Below are positions 56,630 to 64,000 of a stretch of DNA of 64,000 nt, one piece after another (the first letter of the stretch is position 1; each line of letters begins with the position of its first letter). The stretch lies in assembly GCF_009914755.1 (NCBI RefSeq), contig NC_060933.1; one strand, written 5' to 3'. Position numbers and translations under genes: made by a program. The notes beneath the pieces were generated by a model. It searched no databases and had not been told where the DNA came from. It saw nothing but the letters and a program-made list of their open reading frames with translations. Source of the DNA: the human T2T-CHM13v2.0 reference genome, Homo sapiens.

Positions 56630-59600
56630 AATGGAAACTAATAGAATGGAATCAAACCGAGTGAAATGGAATGGAAAGGATTGGAATGGAATGGAATGGC
56701 ATGGAATCAACTCGATTGTAATGGAATGGAATGGAATGGAATGGAATGGAATGGAATGGAATGGAATTAACCCGAATACAATGGAATGGAATGGAATGGA
56801 ACGGAATGGAGTCGAATGGAATGGAATCAACCCAAGTGCAGGGGAATGGAATGGAATGGAATGCAATGGAATGGAATCATCCGGAATGGAATGGAATGGA
56901 ATGGAATGCAAAGCAATGGAATCAACTCGATTGCAATGGAATGGAATGGAATGGAAAGGAATACATTGGAATCAACCCGAGTGGAATGGAATGGAAAGAA
57001 CTGGAATGGAGTGGAATGGAATGGAATGGAATGGAATGGAATGGAATGGAATGGAATGAACTCGATTGGAATGGAATGGAATGGAATGGAATGGAATGGA
57101 ATTAACCCGAATAGAATGGAATGGAATGGAATGGAACGGAATGGAATGGAATGGAATGGAATGGAATGGAATGGAATGGAATCAACCCGACTGCAGGGGA
57201 ATGGAATGGAATGGAATGCAATGGAATGGATTCAATTTGAATGGAATGGAAAGAATGCAATCAACACGAGTGGAAAGGCATGGATTGGAATGGAATGGAA
57301 TGGAATCAACCCGAGTACAGGGGAATGGAATGGAATGGAATGCAATGGAATGGAATCATCCGTAATGGAATGGAAAGGAATGGAATGGAATGGAATGGAA
57401 TGGAATGGAATGGAATGGAATCAACTCGATTGCAATCGAATGGAACGGAATTAACCCGAATAGAATGGAATGGAATGGAATGGAACGGAACGGAACGGAA
57501 CGGAACGGAACGGAACGGAGTGGAATGGAATGGAATGGAATTGTATGGAATGGAATGGCATGGTACGGAATAGAATGGAATGGAAAGAATTGGAATTCAA
57601 TGGAATCAAATGGAATGGAATGGAATGGAACGGAATCAACCCGAGTGCAGGGGAATGTAATGGAACGGAATGCAATGGAATGGAATCATCCGGAATTGAA
57701 TGGAATGGAATGGAACGGAATGGAATGGAATGGAATGGAATCAACCCGAGTGCAATGGAATGGAGTGGAATGGAATGGAATGGAATGGAACAACCCGAAT
57801 GGAATGGAATGTAATGGAGAGTAAGGGAGTTAAATAGAATCAATCCGAATGTAATGGAATGGAACGGAATGGAATGGAATGGAATTGAATGGAATGGAAT
57901 GGAATGCAATGGAATGGAATCAACCCGAGTACAATGGAACGGAATGGAACGAATTGTAATGTAATGGAATGTAATGTAATGGAATGGAATGGAATGGAAT
58001 CAACCCGAGTGCAGGGGAATGGAATGGAATGGAATGCAATGGAATGGAGTCATCCGGAATGGAATGGAATGGAATGCAATGGAATGGAATGGAATGGAAT
58101 CAACCCGAGTGCAATGGAATGGAGTGAAATGGAATGGAATGGAATGGAAACAACCAGAATGGATTGGAATATAATGGAGTGTAAGGGAATTGAATAGAAT
58201 CAATCTGAATGTAATGAAATGGAATGGAACGGAATGGAATGGAATGGAATGGAATGGAATGGAATGCAATGGAATGGAATCAACCCGAGTGCAATCGAAT
58301 GGAATCGAATGCCATGGAATGCAATGGAATGGATTCAACTTGAATGGAAAGGAAAGAATGGAATCAACACGAGTGGAATGGCATGGATTGGAATGGAATG
58401 GAATGGAATCAACCCGAGTACAGGGGAATGGAATGGAATGGAATGCAATGGAATGGAATCATCAGTAATGGAATGGAAAGGAATGGAAATCACTGGAATG
58501 GAATGGAATGCAATGGAATGGAATGGAATCAACTCGATTGCAATCGAATGGAATGGAATGGAATTAACCCGAATAGAATGGAATGGAATGGAATGGAACG
58601 GAACGGAATGGAATGGAATGGAATGGAATGGAACGGAAAGGAATGGAATGGAATGGAATGGAATGGAATGGAATGGAATGGAATCAACGCGAGTGCAGGG
58701 GAATGGAATGGAATCGAATGGAACGGAAAGGAAAGGAATGGAATAAACCCGAGTGCAGGGGAGTGGAATGGAATCGAATGGAACGGAAAGGAATGGAATG
58801 GAATCAACCCGAGTGCAGGGGAATGTAATGGAACGGAATGCAATGGAATGGAATCATCCGGAATGGAATGGAATGGAATGGAATGGAATCAACCCAAGTG
58901 CAATGGAATGGAGTGGAATGGAATGGAATGGAATGGAACAACCCGAATGGAATGGAATGTAATGGAGAGTAAGGGAGTTGAAAAGAATCAATCCGAATGG
59001 AATGGAATGGAATGGAACGGAATGGAATGGAATGGAATGGAATGGAATGGAATGCAATGGAATGGAATCAACCCGAGTACAATGGAATGGAATGGAAAGG
59101 AATGGAATGGAAAGGAATGGAATGGAATGGAATGCAATGGAATGGAATCTTCCGGAATGGAATGGAATGGAATGGAATGGAATGGAATGGAATGCAATGG
59201 ATTCAACTCGATTGCAATGGAATGGAATAGAATAGAATGGAATGGAATGGAATGGAATGGAATTAAACCGAATAGAATGGAATGGAATGGAATGGAACGG
59301 AACAGAACGGAACGGAACGGAACGGAGTGGAATGGAATGGAATGGAATTGTACGGAATGGAATGGAATGGTAAGGAATAGAATGGAATGGAAAGAATTGG
59401 AATGGAATGGTATCGAATGGAATGGAATGTAATGGAATGGAATCAACCCGAGTGCAGGGGAATGTAATGGAACGGAATGCAATGGAATGGAATCATCCGG
59501 AATGGAATGGAATGGAACGGAATGTAATGGAATGGAATCAACCCGAGCGCAATGGAATGGAGTGGAATGGAATGGAATGGAATGGAATGGAACAACCCGA

Positions 59601-61580
59601 ATGGAATGGAATGTAATCTAGAGTAAGGGAGTTGAATAGAATCAATCCGAATGTAATGGAATGGAACGGAACGGAATGGAATGGAATGGAATGGAATGGA
59701 ATGGAATGGAATGGAATGCAATGGAATTGAATCAACCCGAGTACAATGGAACGGAATGGAATGGAATGTAATGGAATGGAATGGAATGGAATGGAATGGA
59801 ATGGAATCAACCCGAGTGCAATGGAATGGAGAGGAATGGAATGGAATGGAATGGAAACTACCCGAATGGAATGGAATGTAATGGAGTGTAAGGGAATTGA
59901 ATAGAATCAATCCGAATGGAATGGAATGGAATGGAACGGAATGTAAAGGAATGGAATGGAATGGAATCAACCCGAGTGCAGGGGAATGGAATGGAATGGA
60001 ATGCAATGGAATGGAATCATCCGGAATGGAATGGAATGGAATGCAATGGAATGGAATGGAATGGAATCAACCCGAGTGCAATGGAATGGAGTGAAATGGA
60101 ATGGAATGGAATGGAGACAACCAGAATGGATTGGAATATAATGGAGTGTAAGGGAATTGAATAGAATCAATCTGAATGTAATGAAATGGAATGGAATGGA
60201 ATGGAATGGAATGGAATGGAATGGAATGCAATGGAATGGAATCAAACCGAGTGCAATCGAATGTAATCGAATGGAATGGAATGCAATGGAATGGATTCAA
60301 CTTGAATGGAATGGAAAGAATGGAATCAACACGTGTGGAATGGCATGGATTGGAATGGAATGGAATGTAATCAACCCGAGTATAGGGGAATGGAATGGAA
60401 TGGAATGCAATGGAATGGAATCATCCGTAATGGAATGGAAAGGAATGGAATGGAATGGAATGGAATGGAATGGAATGGAATGGAATGGAATCAACTCGAT
60501 TGCAATCGAATGGAATGGAATGGAATTAACCCGAATAGAATGGAATGGAATGGAATGGAACGGAACGGAATGGAATGGAATGGAATGGAATGGAATGGAA
60601 CGGAAAGGAAGGGAATGGAATGGAATAGAATGGAATGGAATGGAATGGAATCAACGCGAGTGCAGGGGAATGGAATGGAATGGAATGCAATGGAATGGAA
60701 TCTTCCGGAATGGAATGGAATGGAATGGAATGGAATGGAATGGAATAAACCCGAGTGCAATGGAATGGAGTGGAATGGAATGGAATGGAATGGAACAACC
60801 CGAATGGAATGGAATGTAATGGAGAGTAAGGGGGTTGAATAGAATCAATACGAATGTAATGGAATGGAATGGAAAGGAATGGAATTGAATGGAATGGAAT
60901 GGAATGCAATGGAATGGAAACTACCCGAATGGAATGGAATGTAATTGAGTGTAAGGGAATTGAATAGAATCAATCCGAATGTAATGGAATGGAATGGAAC
61001 GGAATGGAATGGAATGGAATGCAATGGAATGGAATCAACCCGAGTGCAATCGAATGGAATCGAATGGAATGGAATGCAATGGAATGGATTCAACTTGAAT
61101 GGAATGGAAAGAATGGAATCAACACGAGTGGAATGGCATGGATTGGAATGGAATGGAATGGAATCAACCCGAGTAGAGGGGAACGGAATGGAATGGAATG
61201 CAATGGAATGGAATCATCCGTAATGGAATGGAAAGGAATGGAATGGAATGGAATGGAATGGAATGGAATGGAATGGAATCAACTCGATTGCAATCGAATG
61301 GAATGGAATGGAATTAACCCGAATAGAATGGAATGGAATGGAATGGAAAGGAACGGAATGGAATGGAATGGAATGGAATGGAATGGAACGGAGCGGAATG
61401 GAATGGAATGGAATGGAATGGAATCAACGCGAGTGCAGGGGAATGGAATGGAATGGAATGCAATGGAATGGAATCTTCCGGAATGGAATGGAATGGAATG
61501 GAATGGAATGAAATGCAATGGATTCAACTCGATTGCAATGGAATGGAATAGAATGGAATGAAATGGAATGGAATGGAATT
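56630..61580 (-). repeat. Inverted copy (~5 kb) of ~2250-7320
   Basis: Rare variants are mirrored: ccagtgatttcc (5429) / ggaaatcactgg (58485); gcacttgggt...cgactcc (7101) / ggagtcg...cccaagtgc (56808-56839); gctcc (2461) / ggagc (61390). Coordinate sums are ~63925-63935 over the core. Confidence 0.92.
61033..61180 (+). repeat. Chromosome 9 Sat III (pHuR98-like) ~150-bp module, representative copy
   Basis: AATCAACCCGAGTGCAATCGAATGGAATCGAATGG...GGATTCAACTTGAATGGAATGGAAAGAATGGAATCAACACGAGTGGAATGGCATGGATTGG...CAACCCGAGTA matches my recollection of the 9q12 Sat III clone and primer sequence (not database-verified). Other copies lie at ~58278 (+) and 9433-9581 (-). Confidence 0.7.
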
Positions 61581-64000
61581 AATCCGAATAGAATGGAATG
61601 GAATGGAATGGAACGGAATGGAACGGAATGGAATGGAATGGAATGGAATGGAATGGTATGGAATGGAATGGAATGGTACGGAATAGAATGGAATGGAACG
61701 AATTGTAATGGAATGGAATTGAATGGAATGGAATGGAAAGGAATGGAATCAACGCGAGTGCAGGGGAATGTAATGGAACGGAATGCAATGGAATGGAATC
61801 ATCCGGAATGGAATGGAATGGAATGGAATGGAATGGAATCAACCCGAGTGCATTGGAATGGAGTGGAATGGAATGGAATGGAATGGAACAACCCGAATGG
61901 AATGGAATGTAATGGAGAGTAAGGGAGTTGAATACAATCAATCCGAATGTAATGGAATGGAATGCAACGGAATGGAATGGAATGGAATGGAATGGAATGG
62001 AACGGAATGCAATGGAATTGAATCAACCCGAGTACAATGGAATGGAATGGAATGGAATGGAATGAAATGGAATGGAATGGAATGGAATGATACGGAATAG
62101 AATGGAATGGAAAGAAATGGAATGGAATGGAATGGAATGGAATGGAATGGAATGGAATGGAATGGAATGGAATCGTTCCGAGTGGAATAGGAGGGAATGT
62201 ATTCGAGTGGAATGGAAAGGAATGGAATCAACCAGAGTGGAATGGAAGGGAATGGAATGGAATGGAAACTAATAGAATGGAATCAACCCGAGTGGAATGG
62301 AATGGAAAGGACTGGAATGGAATGGAATGGAATGGAATCAACTCGATTGTAATGGAATGGAATGGAATGGAATGGAATGGAATTAACCCGAATACAATGC
62401 AATGGAACGGAATGGAACGGAATGGAGTGGAATGGAATGGAATCAAACAGAGTGCAGCGGAATGGAATGGAATGGAGTGCAATGGAATGGAATCATCCGG
62501 AATGGAATGGAATGGAATGGAATGCAAAGCAATGGAATCAACTCGATTGCAATGGAATGGAATGGAATGGAAAGGAATACATTGGAATCAACCCGAATGG
62601 AATGGAATGGAAAGGACTGGAATGGAGTGGAATGGAATGGAATGGAATGCAATGGAATCAACTCGATTGGAATGGAATGGAATGGAATGGAATGGAATTA
62701 ACCCGAATAGAATGGAATGGAATGGAATGGAACGGAACGCAATGGAATGGAATGGAATAGAATAGAATGGAATGGAATGGAAACAACCCGACTGCAGGGG
62801 AATGGAATGGAATGGAATGGAATGGAATGGATTCAACTTGAATGGAATGGAAAGAATGGAATCAACAGAGTGGAATGGCATGGATTGGAATGGAATCGAA
62901 TGGAATCAACCCGAGTACAGGGGAATGGATTGGAATGGAATGCAATTTAATGGAATCATCCGTAATGGAATGGAAAGGAATGGAATGGAATGGAATGGAA
63001 TGGAATGGAATGGAATCAACTCGATTGCAATCGAATGGAATGGAATGGAATTAACCCGAATAGAATGGAATGGAATGGAATGGAACGGAACGGAACGGAA
63101 TGGAATGGATTGGAATGGAATGGAATGGAATGGAATGGAACGGAAAGGAATGGAATGGAATGGAATGGAATGGAATGGAATGGAATCAACGCGAGTGCAG
63201 GGGAATGGATTGGAATGGAATGCAATGGAATGGAATCTTCCGGAATGGAATGGAATGGAATGTAATCGAATGGAATAAACCCGAGTGCAATGGAATGGAG
63301 TGGAATGCAATGGAATGGAATGGAACAACCCGAATGGAATAGAATGTAATGGAGAGTAAGGGAGTTGAATAGAATCAATCCGAATGTAATGGAATGGAAT
63401 GGAACGGAATGGAATTGAATGGAATGGAATGGAATGGAATGGAATCTAATCAACCCGAGTGCAATGGAATGGAGAGGAATGGAATGGAATGGAATGGAAA
63501 CTACCCGAATGGAATGGAATGTAATGGAGTGTAAGGGAATTGAATAGAATCAATCCGAATGTAATGGAATGGAATGGCAAGGAATGGAATGGAATGGAAT
63601 GGAATCAACCCGAGTGCAATGGAATGGAGAGGAATGGAATGGAATGGAATGGAAACTACCGGAATGGAATGGAATGTAATGGAGTGTAAGGGAATTGAAT
63701 AGAATCAATCCGAATGGAATGGAATGGAATGGAACGGAATGTAATGGAATGTAATGGAATGGAATCAACCCGAGTGCAGGGTAATGGAATGGAATGGAAT
63801 GCAATGGAATGGAATCATCCGGAATGGAATGGAATGGAATGGAATGGAATCAACCCGAGTGCAAAGGAATGGAGTGAAATGGAATGGAATGGAATGGAAA
63901 CAACCAGAATGGATTGGAATATAATGGAGTGTAAGGGAATTGAATAGAATCAATCTGAATGTAATGAAATGGAATGGAACGGAATGGAATGGAATGGAAT

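Larger units (their letters stand above)
46244..64000 (+). repeat. Satellite III (HSat3) array, inverted orientation, G-rich (GGAAT)n on + strand
   Basis: Continuous GGAAT pentamers with CAACCCGAGT, CAACGCGAGT and CAACTCGATT spacers, the reverse complements of the left-arm motifs. Confidence 0.98.

Noticed and set aside
2250-61580. Inverted-repeat coordinates summing to about the window length (possible synthetic mirroring)
   Set aside because: The copies differ by substitutions and indels and the mirror covers only ~5 kb, so the near-64000 sum looks coincidental.
63441-63455. GAATCTAATCA, resembling a DUX4 site (TAATCTAATCA)
   Set aside because: It is a single mismatched copy produced by a variant pentamer, so there is no support for function.
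1-64000. Hundreds of ORFs (up to 362 aa) encoding MEWNG or HSIPF repeats
   Set aside because: (GGAAT)n contains an ATG every 5 nt and no stop codon in any frame on either strand, so long overlapping ORFs are expected. There is no domain, no frame preference and no gene context.
1-64000. CRISPR-like alternation of conserved motifs and variable spacers
   Set aside because: The 'spacers' are pentamer runs of variable length, not unique sequences. There are no cas genes or leader, and the sequence is a eukaryotic satellite.
1-64000. HSat2, Y-chromosome DYZ1 or a fixed-period HSat3 assignment
   Set aside because: It lacks the dense CATTCGATTC/ATGATG units of HSat2 and shows no regular ~3.56-kb or ~1.8-kb periodicity.
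46244-64000. Pathogenic (TGGAA)n insertion (SCA31-type) or telomeric/fusion repeat
   Set aside because: The array is tens of kb long, diverged and carries Sat III spacer motifs. There is no unique flank and no TTAGGG.
1-64000. Embedded L1/Alu or other mobile element
   Set aside because: No poly(A) tail, target-site duplication or non-satellite stretch was seen. Even the islands keep the pentamer register.
1-64000. CATTCC TEAD/MCAT motif density and (GGAAT)n fold-back structures as a novelty
   Set aside because: These are generic, already-described properties of any HSat3 DNA and are not specific to this window.

Overview
The whole 64 kb is one uninterrupted human-type Satellite III (HSat3) array: (CATTC)n/(GGAAT)n with recurrent ACTCGGGTTG/CAACCCGAGT-type spacer motifs. 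It is most likely the chromosome 9q12 family, because it contains a module matching my recollection of the pHuR98-type sequence. I see no genes, RNA genes, transposons or CRISPR arrays, and every listed ORF is a translation artefact of the pentamer (MEWNG/HSIPF). The structure of interest is: (1) one sharp strand switch at ~46244, sitting on the palindromic ATTGCAAT motif with fold-back geometry (perfect 50-bp inverted arms, 166-bp spacer, ~600 bp of diverged inverted homology); (2) about 39 perfect three-unit heat-shock elements (aTTCcgGAAgaTTCc), each in a fixed module; (3) a nested mosaic of near-identical multi-kb direct duplications (W X W X A X A B C B A B C) with breakpoints in pure pentamer runs; (4) a ~5 kb inverted copy linking the two ends of the window. 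I found no new gene-encoded system. The most plausible functional lead is the HSE module as the nucleation site for HSF1 on Sat III. All coordinates and counts were read by eye, and block boundaries are approximate.
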